A stretch of DNA of 64,000 bases from Mustelus asterias (taxonomy: Eukaryota). The notes under the pieces are model-generated. The model ran no database searches and was not told where the DNA came from. It saw nothing but the letters and a program-made list of their open reading frames with translations. The position numbers and the translations under genes were made by a program. The stretch spans positions 78,306,001-78,370,000 of the forward strand of contig NC_135812.1 in the NCBI RefSeq assembly GCF_964213995.1. The letters run 5' to 3'. Below, in pieces: positions 1-12,384 of this stretch. The number at the start of each line of letters is the position of its first letter. The stretch's first letter is position 1.

Positions 1-519
1 TCATTAGAATTTAGCAGTTTCCCTGTCTATTACTCTCAGTCCTCTGTCTGTAATCCTTGATCTCATTGTTATGGTTGTTTCTATCTCTGTTAGCCTCTGA
101 GTCGTATCAGGTGGATATTCCTATGCCCCATGTAGAATTTACTCCTCCCCATCTTGAGGCCCATTGTATCGTGACAGATAGAGACCCTCACATGGGGCCA
201 TTGAGTGCCCATCCTTACACTACCTGTTCCCAATCTACAGCCTGCAGATGCTTCCTCTGATTGTGACTGTGCCATCTGCGGCTGAGTATTAAGCCAGAAA
301 CCCCCAGACCACTGTGTGTGAGGTAATGACTACACCCTGCACATCCTGCACACATTATGCTGATCACCAGTGATAGTGGACTAACATCCCTCCCCTGCTG
401 GACTGGGAAAGGACTGTCTCTGGAAACTCAGTAATGTAGGCTGAAACACATCTTCACTCTGCAATCCTCCCACTCTGGCACCAACTCACGTACGTCCTTC
501 TGTAAAAGACTTCCACTCA

Positions 520-865
520 ATTTTTCTTTATTCATTTGTGGGACATGGGTGTCACTGGCTGGCCAGCATTTATTGCCCATCTCTAGTTGCCCGAGGACAG
601 TTAAGAGTCAACCATATTGCTGTGGCTTTGGAGTCACATGTAGGCCAGACCAGGTAAGGACAGCAGATTTCCTTCCCTAAAGGACGTTAGTGAACCAGGT
701 GGGTTTTTCCGACAGTCGACAATGGTTTCATGGTCACCAGTAGATTCTTAATTCCAGATTTTTTTTATTGAATTCAAGTTGCACCATCTGCCATGGGGGG
801 ATTCGAACCCGGGTCCCCAGAACATGAGCTGAGTTTCTGAATGAATAATCCAGCGAAGCCACCGC
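520..865 (-). mobile_element. tRNA-derived SINE with CR1-type LINE tail
   Basis: B-box-like GGTTCGAATCC on minus strand (~798-811); tail homologous to the LINE 3' end at 5180-5255; sister copies at ~29810, ~43320, ~51815. Confidence 0.75.
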
Positions 866-1820
866 CTGTCCTAGGACCCCAACTTGCTTATGTCCTTCTG
901 TAACAGACTCTCTCCCAATTCAGGCTCAGAGGACGCTTCCCCCCTGCACAGCCCCTTCCCCTACCCCAGTCAATACCTGAATGCACCCTTTTCCTGTCTT
1001 CTTCCGCAGTTGTGTGTCTGAGTGCAACCTTTCCCAGTCTTCACTCCTCCCACCAGTTGTGCCATGTCCTCCAGCCCCTTCCATTTCCTCTGCCTTGTTC
1101 TCTCCTCACCCTTTGTCGGGCCTTTGCCCTGCAGCACATTATAACCCACCCCTGCCTTACTGCTGGTCTGGTATATACAGCCTTGCCTCTGTAACCGCTC
1201 TTGGAAGCAAAGTGGTATTGCCAGCGAAGCCAGCAATGAATCTGAAGTGCTGCGAGCGCTGAACAATACAAGGTAAGCAAACAAATCTCAAAGTCATGAG
1301 GGAAGTGCAGGTTGCCAGGTACACGTCATTTATATATAGCTGCTCACTGGTCCAATTAGACACAGGGGTGAGCTGTTGATACAGCGTGGGGACATGATTC
1401 CAGTGAGCTGCCCTGATAATAAGCATTCATGATATTCTAATATATTCAAAAGGCGATTCCAACAAGGCATGGTGGGATAAGAGTGCCTCCATTGAGGGCA
1501 AGAGCAGATGATTGCAACCTGTTTTATAAGCCGATGGGGAACTCTCATCCAATATTTACTCCCACAATATTTTCCTCTCCCACCTGCCATTATGGCCACT
1601 TGACATTTGGAAAAATTAACTGATAGGTTAAGATGTCTGTTGTGTCTTTCTGAAAGCTTTCAAATGTTGCCACTGTGGCGTGCCTCTTTATTGATCTCAC
1701 TCCTTTAAATTTCACTTGGATACAACTGTACTGTCCCAAAAGTAGCATAAATTCTGCAGAGACTAATTCACCTCCTGACTCTGAAACCTGTCCACAATCT
1801 ACAAGGCTCAAGTCGGGAAT

Positions 1821-3872
1821 AAGAACAAAGAACAAAGATAAAGAACAATACAGCACAGGAACAGGCCCTTCGGCCCTCCAAGCCCGCGCCGCTCCCCGGT
1901 CCAGGATTGAATCCTGAATCCAGGATCCCCGCCCAATTTTCCAGCCTATCTACATACCAATATCCTATCCACCGAGCTGTCCCTCACAGCTACGATGCTT
2001 TGTTCATCACAACCTATTAACTCACCCCCACCCCCCCATTCCAGACCATGTGATCTCCAGGGAGAGGCGAAAACCCAGAGTGAAAACCCCAGGGCCAATA
2101 TGGGGAAAATAAATCTGGGAAATTCCTCTCCGACCCCCTTAGGCGATCGAAACGAGTCCAGGAGATCACACCGGCCCTGATCGGAAAATGCTTCCCAACC
2201 CTAGTCATTTCCACTTCTGCTTTACGAACACCATCTGAATTCCCTGCCCCCGAGACAGGTTCCCAACTATCCGCAGTCTCGCTCAGTACTGGCACCAGCA
2301 AGATGATCATAGAATGAAGCCTTGAAACGGGAAACAAAGAACAATTAGCCCGCGCCGCTCCCTGGTCCAAACTAGACCACTCTTTTGTATCCCTCCATTC
2401 CCACTCCGTTCATATAGCTGTCTAGATAAGTCTTAAACGTTCCCAGTGTGTCCGCCTCCACCACCTTGCCCGGCAACACATTCCAGGCCCCCACGACCCT
2501 CTGTGTAAAATATGTCCTTCTGATATCTGTGTTAAACCTCCCCCCCTTCACCTTGAACCTATGACCCCTCGTGAACGTCACCACCGACCCGGGGAAAAGC
2601 TTCCCACCGTTCACCCTATCTATGCCTTTCATAATTTTATACACCTCTATTAAGTCTCCCCTCATCCTCCGTCTTTCCAAGGAGAACAACCCCAGTTTCC
2701 CCAATCTCTCCTCATAACCAAGCCCCTCCATACCAGGCAACATCCTGGTAAACCTCCTCTGTACTCTCTCCAAAGCCTCCACGTCCTTCTGGTAGTGTGG
2801 CGACCAGAACTGGACGCAGTATTCCAAATGCGGCCGAACCAACGTTCTATACATCTGCAACATCTGACCCCAACTTTTATACTCTATGCCCCGTCCTATA
2901 AAGGCAAGCATGCCATACGCCTTCTTCACCACCTTCTCCACCTGTGACGTCACCTTCAAAGATCTGTGGACTTGCACACCCAGGTCCCTCTGCGTCTCTA
3001 CACCCTTTATGGTTCTTCCATTTATCGTGTAGCTCCTCCCTACATTATTCCCACCAAAATGCATCACTTCGCATTTATCAGGATTGAACTCCATCTGCCA
3101 TTTCCTTGCCCAAATTTCCAGCCTATCTATATCCTTCTGTAGCCTCTGACAATGTTCCTCACTATCTGCAAGTCCTGCCAGTTTTGTGTCGTCCGCAAAC
3201 TTACTGATCACCCCAGTTACTCCTTCTTCCAGATCATTTATATAAATCACAAACAGCAGAGGTCCCAATACAGAGCCCTGCGGTACACCACTAGTCACAG
3301 GCCTCCAGCCGGAAAAAGACCCTTCCACTACCACCCTCTGTCTTCTATGACCAAGTCAGTTCTCCACCCATCTAGCCACCTCCCCCTTTATCCCATGAGA
3401 TCCAACCTTTTTCACTAGCCTACCATGAGGGACTTTGTCAAACGCTTTACTAAAGTCCATATAGACAACATCCACGGCCCTTCCTTCGTCAACCATTTTG
3501 GTCACTTCTTCAAAAAACACCACCAGGTTAGTGAGGCATGACCTCCCTCTCACAAAACCATGCTGACTATCGTTAATGAGCTTATTCCATTCTAAATGCG
3601 CATACATCCTATCTCTAAGAATCCTCTCCAACAACTTCCCCACCACGGACGTCAAGCTCACCGGCCTATAATTACCCGGGTTATCCTTCCTACCCTTCTT
3701 AAATAACGGGACCACATTGGCTATCCTCCAATCCTCTGGGACCTCACCTGCGTCCAGTGACGAGACAAAGATTTGCGTCAGAGGCCCAACGATTTCACCT
3801 CTCGTCTCCCTGAGCAGCCTTGGATAGATTCCATCAGGCCCTGGGGATTTGTCAGTCTTTATATTCTCTAAT
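1821..3872 (-). mobile_element. CR1 LINE, 5'-truncated young copy with extended 3'UTR
   Basis: ORFs 3356-3898 and 2372-3334 are in the same frame with one stop between them; RT motifs GVPQGSVLGP and KFADD; (AAGAACAA)n terminal microsatellite at ~1821-1850. Confidence 0.95.
2372..3872 (-). pseudogene. CR1 ORF2 reverse transcriptase region, one premature stop
   Basis: KSPGPDG, NYRPVSLTS, YMDFSKAFD, FADD motifs; TGA at 3356-3358. Confidence 0.9.
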
Positions 3873-3874
3873 AT

Positions 3875-5258
3875 GTGGTGTGGTGGAATATTCTCCACTC
3901 GCCTGGATGAGTGCAGTCACAACAACTCAAGAAACTCAACATAATCCAGGACGAAGCAGCTCACTTAATTGACACCTTGTCCACCACCTTCAACATGCAT
4001 TCCCCTCGCCACCAACGCGCAGTGGCAGGAGTATGTACCATCTACAAGAAGCCCTGCAGCAACTCACCAAAGGCTCCTTTGACAGCATCTTCCAAACCCA
4101 CGACTCTACCACCAAGAAGGGTAAAGGCAGCAGGTGCATGGGAACACCATCACCTGTAAGATCCCTTCCAAATCACACCCTAGAGCTATATCACTATTCC
4201 TTCACCATTGCAAAGTCAAAATCATGAAACTCCCTCCCTAAAGCACTGTGAGTGTACCTACAGCACATGGACTGTTGTAGACTGTGGAGGGCTGTTGTAG
4301 GCTGCAAAGAGACATAGATAGGATGCAAAGCTGAGCTGAAAAATGGCAGATGGAGTTTAACCCTGATAAATGTGAGGTGATTCATTTTGGTAGGACAAAT
4401 TTAAATGTGGATTGCAGGGTCAAAGGTAGGGTAATGAAGACTGTGGAGGAACAGAGAGATCTTGGGGTCCATATCCACAGATCTCTGAAGGTTGCCACTC
4501 AAGTGGATAGAGCTGTGAAGAAGCCTATAGTGTGTTAGCTTTTATTAACAGGGGGTTGGAGTTTAAGAGCCGTGGGGTTATGCTACAACTGTACAGGACC
4601 TTGGTGAGACCACATTTGGAATATTGTGTGCAGTTCTGGGCACCTCACTATAAGAAGGATGTGGAACTGCTGGAAAGAGTGCAAAGGAGATTTACCAGGA
4701 TGCTGCCTGATTTGGAGGGTAGGTCTTATGAGGAAAGGTTGAGGGAGCTAGGGCTGTTCTCTCTGGAGCGGAGGAGGTTGAGGGGAGACTTAATAGAGGT
4801 TTATAAAATGATGAAGGGGATAGATAAGAGTGAACGTTCAAAAACTATTTCCTCGGGTGGATGGAGCTATTACAAGGGGGCATAACTATAGGGTTCATGA
4901 TGGGAGATATAGGAAGGATGTCCGAGGTAGGTTCTTTACTCAGAGAGTGGTTGGGGTGTGGAATGGACTGCCTGCAGTGATAGTGGAGTCAGACACTTTA
5001 GGAACATTTAAGCGGTTATTGGATAGGCACATGGAGCACACCAGGATGATAGGGAGTGGGATAGCTTGATCTTGGTTTCAGATAAAGCTTGGCACAACAT
5101 CGTGGGCCAAAGGGCCTGTTCTGTGCTGTCCTGTTCTATGTTCTATGACTGCAGTAGTTCAAGAAGGTGGCTCAGCACCACCTTCTCAAGGGCAATTAGG
5201 GTTGGACAATAAAAATGCTGGAGCTAGCGACACAAACATTCCATGAAGGAATTTTTAA
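3875..5258 (+). mobile_element. 3' end of an older CR1-clade LINE (SINE partner), interrupted by a CR1 insertion
   Basis: ORF 3911-4159 resembles a LINE ORF2 C-terminus; sequence resumes at 5147 and ends in CAAGGGCAATTAGGG...AATAAA, the tail shared with the SINE family; second copy at ~52360-52780. Confidence 0.7.
4275..5146 (+). mobile_element. CR1 LINE 3' fragment
   Basis: ORFs 4350-5069 encode a CR1 ORF2 C-terminus (RPHLEYCVQFW); (TTCTATG)n tail; flanked by GACTG duplication. Confidence 0.9.
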
Positions 5259-5524
5259 AAAGCTTGCTCTAAGCTGCACTTCAATCTGTGATTTTGACAC
5301 AAATGAACTAATCCGGTAAATGTGACTGCTATTTGTGCTATGCCATTCAGGTAAAACTGCATCATGTTGTTCACCTTTTAAACATGACTTTCACCTGCAG
5401 AGGAAAGTTGCCCCCCTCGTCTGTAGTCCTGCTATTTCTTAGAGATCTGGGACTCTGCCACAACATTTCTACTTCCACCAGAATAATTCATTTTTAAAAA
5501 ATATCTTTGAAACTTGGTAACATA

Positions 5525-5730
5525 GAGAGCGGAATCTTTGAATATTTTTAAGGCAGAGCTAGATAGATTCTTGATCAACAAGGGAACGAAAGGTTATTGT
5601 GGGGGGGGGGTGGGTTAGGCAGGAATGTGGGGTTGAGGTTACAATCAGATCAGCCATGACCTTATCGAATGGCAGGGCAGGCTCAAGGGGCCGAGTGGTC
5701 TGCTCCTGCTCCTAATTCATGTGTTCGTTG
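5525..5730 (+). mobile_element. CR1 3' end fragment
   Basis: 3'UTR similar to the 59785 family (AGATCAGCCATGA...GGGCCGAGTGGTCTGCTCCTGCTCC). Confidence 0.65.
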
Positions 5731-5881
5731 GCAACTGAATGAAATCTTATGTTAGTTTCAAGTAGCGTTTGCTATAAGATTTTGAAAATGAAGTATTTTG
5801 ATAACGATTTTTTATTTCATAATGTAGCTAAATGACAAAGTGGCCAAACATCCATAAATATCACAAGTTCCACAAACTTAC

Positions 5882-6052
5882 CAGGGAAATGCTATATCGA
5901 GAACAGCGTCAGAGTGACATGTAGTGATCAGTTCCTCTTTGAATTCGGTGAAGTTAAATCGATATATCTGGGAAGTAATGGTGCCAACAAAGAACTGGTG
6001 TCCTTGACCACGAAGGCTGATTGAAGTAATACCACCTTCCACCAGCACTTTT
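5882..6052 (-). CDS. CFAP52: CFAP52 (WDR16) exon 8
   Basis: KVLVEGGITSISLRGQGHQFFVGTITSQIYRFNFTEFKEELITTCHSDAVLDIAFP; ag/gt boundaries, 171 nt, phase-compatible with exon 7. Confidence 0.93.
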
Positions 6053-6208
6053 CTGGAATGAAAACAAAGGTTCTCCCATTGTGGTCTTAAAATAATTGGT
6101 TAAATGTACAAATTATAACTACATACTGAATTAAATAGACATTATTAGACAGAATGTTGTGTACATTGCATGACAAATAATTTCATCTGATTTCTTTAGT
6201 ATCCATTA

Positions 6209-6457
6209 TGATGGCCATGGGGGATCATCAATAGATCTCCCCATTGGTCTTGTAGAACACAAGCTCCCTTATGAGGCAAATGGAGGCTCGCCCAAGAGAG
6301 AAGGAACAACAGGGGGGTTTAAAACCAGCTGGCTCCACTCAGGCTGGCAGTCAAAAGACTTTGGGGCTGACCTGTACTTTTTGGTCGCTGAGTGGCCCAT
6401 TACATTGTAAATAAAGGGTGATGGTGATGGAAGACTGGCCTCTGTAAGATTATTACA
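6209..6457 (+). repeat. 5' LTR
   Basis: Starts TG, ends TTACA, contains AATAAA; direct repeat of 10002-10246. Confidence 0.85.
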
Positions 6458-8536
6458 TTGGCGACAAGGAATAACGCGAATATTTTTTGCCTTCTTCCAG
6501 ACCATCTTTACTGTTGAGAAAAGTAATCCGTCTGGTAAGATGCCTAGGAAGCATTGTAGATGCCAGATGGTGGACTATTGCAGAAGATCACAACTGAGGC
6601 AAAGACTGAGGGACAATGAAAGTGCATGCAATTTTGAAAAAAGGCCAAGGCCAGTACCAGACTGTAACTTGCAGGTATGCCCACAACCAGATACAGCGAC
6701 AACACAATTAAATCGCACCTCCACAGCAAACATTGCCCCCATAATGGTGGAGTTGTTAGTAAATAGTCACCCATTAAAAATGAAAGTGGATACAAGGGCT
6801 CTGGTCTCCATTATCAGGGAGCAGACCTATGATCACCTCCGGGCTGGCATTCAGCTCCTCAACTTAGAAAACACAAAGGCCAAGCTGGCCACCCACACGG
6901 GGGAACCATTGCAGATAAAGGGTATCACGGCGACCCTAATGACTGACAGGCAGCAGTCAGCTAAACAAGGACCTAATGGGGAGAGACTGGCTGCAACACA
7001 TCAGACTGGACTGGCTGGAGATCTTCATCTGGGCATGGGGGGGGGGGCTATATGAAGTCATCAATATCTATCCCCAAGTTTTCCAGGAAGGGCTTGGAAA
7101 AATAAGGGGAACCAAAGCTAAGATCTACGTTAATCCGGATGCTACGCCTAAGTATTTTAGAGTGAGATCAATTCCATACTCTCTATTGGAAAAAGTAGAG
7201 TCGGAACTGGAACTCCTGGAAAAGCTGCCCATAATACGACCCGCGAGTGAGCCACACCTGTTGGTCCTGTCCTTAAGCTGGATAATTTGATTCACAATTT
7301 GTGGAAGTTATAAGCCTACTGTCAACATAGTTTCTAAATTTGACAGATATTCCATGTGCTGGATTGAAGACCTGTACGCCCGGTTAACTGGGGACCAAGC
7401 ATTTAGACATGAGCCATACATATCTCCAACTTGAATTGGATGAACCTTCCCTAAAGTATATGACAATTAATATGGAGAAAGACCTATGTGAGTACTCTCG
7501 CCTGCCCTTTGAGGTTTCATCTGCATGCACTATATTTCAATGGGTCATGGAGAACATATTCCAAGGGTTATCTCAGGTAGCGGTGTACCTGGATGACATC
7601 TTGGTCACAGGAACTTCAGAAGGTGAACATCTAGCAAACCTGGGTGAGGTTTTATGGCGATTCTCAGAGGTCGGGGTACACATGAAAAGGGAAAAATGTG
7701 TCTTCCCAGCAAGTGCGCTGACCTATTTTGTTTATTGGGTAGATGGCAAGGGTCTTCATCTGGTGGAGGACAAGGTGAGGGCCACTAAGTAGGACATTCA
7801 ACTCCAAAGAATCCCACGGAATTAAAATCCTTCCTGGGGTTAGTGAATTATTACGGGTAGCTTATTCCGAACTTAGCTTCTTTACTAGCCCCTTTGCACA
7901 CCCAACTATGGAAACACCAATGGTGGTCTTGAGGGTGTCACAGCTGAAAGCCTTCAACAGCGTTAAACAGCAACTTTTGTCCTCTAACCTATCGGCCCAT
8001 TTTGACTCCAAAAAGGACATTATCTTGACATGTGATGCCTCTGCTCACGGGTTTGGGGCGGTACTGGCATATCGCTGCAGAGATGGAACAGAGAAGCCTA
8101 TTGTGTATACATCCAGGATCCTCTCGGACACTGAGTGGAGGTATTCCCAGATCGAGAAAGAGAGATTGGCAGTTGTCTTCAACTTTAAAAATTCCATCAA
8201 TAAGATTATGGTGGACGCTTCATCATAGTAACTGATCATAAACCATTGCTGGGACTTTTTAAAGGAGACAAGGCAATATTTGCCATGGCCTCCCCTGAAT
8301 ACAGCAATCGGCCTTGTTACTGGCGGGTTATGAATACCTCTTAGAGCACCACCCCGGGACCCAGATAGCTAACGCCGATACAATGAGTTGTCTGCTGTTG
8401 CCCATAAGCCCGGCTTTGTGACCAGTTGTGGAAGAGGTCATGATGATCCTCAATGTTTTGGACAACTTGCCAGTATCTGCAAGATAAATCAAGGCCTGGA
8501 CACAAAGGACCAATCCTATCTAAATTTAAACATATA

Positions 8537-8661
8537 TGCCAGAATTCTACCGCTCCGCCTGATACGGAATCAGAGTAGGCGAGAGGCGGACAATGGAAAT
8601 GTCCGTTGACCTTGGGTGTGATTTTCCAGTCTCGCTCAAGTGAGGCTGTAAAATCCCTCCC
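8537..8661. mobile_element. ~125-bp MITE (Harbinger-like) inserted in Gypsy pol
   Basis: Homologous to 40602-40720 and 45527-45651; GGGnGG(G)ATTTT-type termini; apparent 3-bp ATA duplication. Confidence 0.65.
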
Positions 8662-10001
8662 ATAATATCACATGGGGGGTTTCAGAGGACAGCTCTCAAA
8701 TGAAATAAAACACTACTTGACGAAGAAAGTAATGTGGATGGCATCATTCCCTGGGGTTCTCGCGTAGATGTCCCTTGCCCAGGGCGATGTCTGATACTTA
8801 TGGAATTACACCATTGCCATTGTGGGATTTCACAGATGAAAATGCTAGCCAGGAGCTATGTATGGTGGCCCAGCCTTGATGCAGGCATTACCGACATGGT
8901 CAATCAGTGTGAGTCGTGCCAAAAAAATCAAAAACTCCCCTCCTTAGCCTCCCTACAGCCATGGGAGGGTCTGGCAGGCCCTGGGTGCAAGTGCATCTGG
9001 ACTTTGTCAGGTCTTTTTTGGGTTCCATGTTCTTAATTAGGTTGAAGTGCGCTCCAAATAGTTGGAGATACGTTGCATCAGTTCCACCACTTCCCATTGA
9101 GAAACTATGACAAAGTTTCTGCACACTTGGGACACCAAAAGTCCTGGTCTCTGACAATGGCACTGCCTTTAAAAGCACCGAGTTTCAGAACTTCATGCTT
9201 TCCAATGGAATTAAACACTTTAGGGCAGCACCCTATCACCCGTCATCGAATGTGTTGGCTAAATGGGCAATGCAGACACCTAAACTTAGCCTGAAGAAGC
9301 ACCCCGCAGTGTCCACAGAAACCAAACTGGTTTGATTTTTATTTGACAATAGGACTACTCCTCACACAATGACAAGAATCTCCCCAGCGGAACTGTTGGT
9401 GGGACAGAGGCTTCAGACAAGATTAAGCTTACTGTTCCCAGGGAGGATGGAGTCCCAAATAGAGAACCAGAAGAAGAACTATGATTCTGCAAGGACAGAA
9501 ACTACATTCAAAACCGGCGACCCAGTCCATGTGAGGAACTTCGGGGATGTCCTCATTTGGGTCCCTGGGATCATAACGTAAAAAACGGGGCCCATGTCTT
9601 ATGAAGTAAAAGTGAAGGGCAAAATTGTCAGGAAGTACCTGGACATCTCAGGAGTAGAGAGCCCATGCCAGTGCAGGCTTCATTAGCAGCCATGGGGATG
9701 ACCACTGCCAACATCGGGCAACGACTAGAGGCCGACCCTATACCTGTCCTTCCGGATGATGAGGACACAAATTCTGAGATGGAAAAGGAAAAGACCGGAA
9801 CCCCACCTGAAGCGAGACCTCAGGAAGAACCAGCGTCAGTGGTTTTACAACACTCCCTTCAGAAGTGAAGATCTCCAATCCCTTTCACACCCCCTGACCT
9901 GATCATACCTCCAATCGACTGCAGGCCAATTACTAAGCGGCAGAAAAGGTCCTCTTGTGCCAAGGGTGTTACGGAAGAAATGGAATTGAGGGGGGAAGGG
10001 A

Positions 10002-10246
10002 TGATGGGAATTCATCAATAGATCTCCACATGGGCCTTGTGGAATATGAACTCTCCTATTAGATGAGTGCAGGCTCGCCCAAATAGAGAAGGAGTGGTGG
10101 GGGTTTTAAACTAGCTGGCTCCACTCAGGCCAGCAGTCAAAAGACTTTGGGGCTGACTTGTACTCTGTAGCCGCTGAGTGGCACTTTGACCATGTTGTAA
10201 ATATAGGGTGACGGTGACGGAAGATTAGCCTCGGTAAGATTATTAT
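10002..10246 (+). repeat. 3' LTR
   Basis: Follows the polypurine tract; direct repeat of the 5' LTR. Confidence 0.85.
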
Positions 10247-10259
10247 TTCAGTGTTGATT

Positions 10260-11199
10260 GGGCTGGATTTTGCTGTAGTAATGGCACCAAAACTGTCAGC
10301 ATTTACTGTCATTGCTCCTCTGAAGCTGACAGCAGCTTTTGGTGTCCACATATGTGCAGTTGAACATAGAAATCCAAAAGTTGTCAGTGGTTCTATGCTT
10401 CCCCGTATGATGTGCTGTTGAAGTTGCACCCAGCCCCACAGGGCAAAAAGATTGCACTTAGACTTTCATTCGTCTCACTATAAAAATCCATGAAAAAGTC
10501 ACACCCTGTAGAATGAGGAGTAACTGGGTCTTTTAATGCCAATTAAAACTTATAATTGCTGCTAAGTACCCTCACTGGCCCTGAAAACAGTAATTATATT
10601 TGTTGATTCTCCATTATAAAATATATTAATGATATATATGCTAAAATTTTATTTGCAACTCCAGTTTCTAACTTAATCCCACAAGTATGTCCCAAATATT
10701 TATTTTGCTCTTTGTTAAGTTTTAATTAAAAGTGAAAAATTCAGTGCATTTTACTTCCTGGTTTACCTGTTCACAATGAAGTGCGTGCTTTAGCTGTAAG
10801 TGAGAGCAGCTGTTATTCATTGGAGAAAGGTTAAGAAATTGTTCTTAAGTGTTTATAAAAAGATGTTTCCACCTCTGTGGGAAGAACGAAAAGGGAACTG
10901 GGGTTTTGTGAACAAACCTGTGTTAAGGAAAGACTATCTCCAGATTCGTTCAGTACCCAATAAATGAGCAGGAATTTCTAATATGACTGTCTGTGAAAAT
11001 AACTTCAACACAATTGGCAACTCACCCTATCAGATAATACCACTGTTGTTGGACGTCTGAAGATCCCCTCAACGTAGCACCAAATTCAAACTGGCGCTGC
11101 AAAAGGGGAAATCCAGAGATCGTTCAATCATTGTGGCCAGCTTTCTTCGAGGTCAGCAGTGAACGCGATTGCTTTGCTGCTGACTACAAAATTCAGGCC
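10260..11199. mobile_element. Non-autonomous DNA transposon (Harbinger-like TIRs)
   Basis: Left end GGGCTGGATTTTG, right end CAAAATTCAGGCC; no transposase ORF. Confidence 0.5.
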
Positions 11200-11606
11200 A
11201 AAATTCATTGAGGTTATTCCATCAAGGCTAATCAATCATGTCAATGATATCGATAGAAGAGTATTGGAAATATTTCAGAGAGGTTGAAATGAAACTATTT
11301 CAAAAACTTTGCATGCAGTTTACTATAGTTAGGGTTATAGTACAATGGAGACACTTGACACTAAAATTAGAAGAGTTTTCAAAGCTAATCTTTCGGGAGA
11401 ATGTCAATCAAATGTTATGGACATCTTTAAAATTAACGGATGGAAAGTCATTGCTTGTGCCATTTTTACAACAAAATGCTGCTGCCCTAAACTCTATTTT
11501 TATCAATTTTGCAATTCCTCTCTGAAACATTTCTTAAACCATTACAAGTTGGAATTTGTTAGCACATATGGTTAATAAAGAGATATTTAAATACATTCAA
11601 ACGTAC

Positions 11607-11707
11607 TTGAGTGGCTTGAAATTTGGTGCTTTGCATAGAGCTACAACACCATCTCCTGATCCAACAAGGATGTCCCCTGATCTTAGCTCTACCAATGCAT
11701 TGATTCC
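11607..11707 (-). CDS. CFAP52: CFAP52 exon 7
   Basis: GINALVELRSGDILVGSGDGVVALCKAPNFKPL; ag/gt, 101 nt. Confidence 0.92.
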
Positions 11708-12384
11708 CTGTAGATGACATGTGAGATGGAGCATTCAAATTCTTATGTCGCTTCAGTATGATTCTTGTACAATAAATACCAACTTAAAGCATGGAAATTA
11801 CAAAATCTAAGCTCTTAAAATATCTGAAATCACTCCAGTTAACTGGATAACATTTTTAAAAAGACCAATCCCCTATTTTTTCTTGATTCCTCCATACTGG
11901 TCTGTTTTGGGTTTAAAGACAACAGTGCTTAATCAGTGTCTTTTCAGCGGGAGTCTTTATTGAACTGTTCAGAAATGGCAGTCTGCAGAGAGCTTGCCTC
12001 ATGCCAGAGTCATGTTGCCAAGTCAAACGTCACATTAGACTGATTACATTTTACAACCCAAACATCCCCTTTTCCATATCGAACAAAGGATACAAACCAT
12101 TCCTAGTTTTACTAGGAACTGTTCCCAGTGAACAAAATACACATTTGCATGCACAATCCTGTGTGACTGTGAGTTGTCCACATTATTCACTATACACCCA
12201 CTGTTCTCATGCATTAACAGCTATTCTGTCCTACATTTCACACAGGGGTGAAATTTTTCGATTTTTCCTGTAAGTGCTGATTCTGTTGAGAAAACTGGTG
12301 GGCAACTCCCAGGGTGCACAGCTGGCTTTTCTCTCCAGATAATGCTGGTGACACAGGGTCTGATGGAGCCAATCTGTGTTAAAA

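Larger units (their letters stand above)
6209..10246 (+). mobile_element. Gypsy LTR retrotransposon, decayed, with both LTRs
   Basis: LTRs ~6209-6457 and ~10002-10246; PBS TGGCGACAAGGA 6459-6470; PPT 9988-10001; protease (VDTRA), RT (YLDD), RNase H (TCDAS) and integrase (ARSYVWWP...C..C) fragments in Gypsy order with stops and frameshifts. Confidence 0.92.

Noticed and set aside
1-1800. CFAP52 exon 9 or other coding exons
   Set aside because: No matching translation with splice sites found; the short ORFs lack recognisable motifs
6540-9868. Domesticated or active Gypsy gene
   Set aside because: Multiple stops, frameshifts and a MITE insertion in pol
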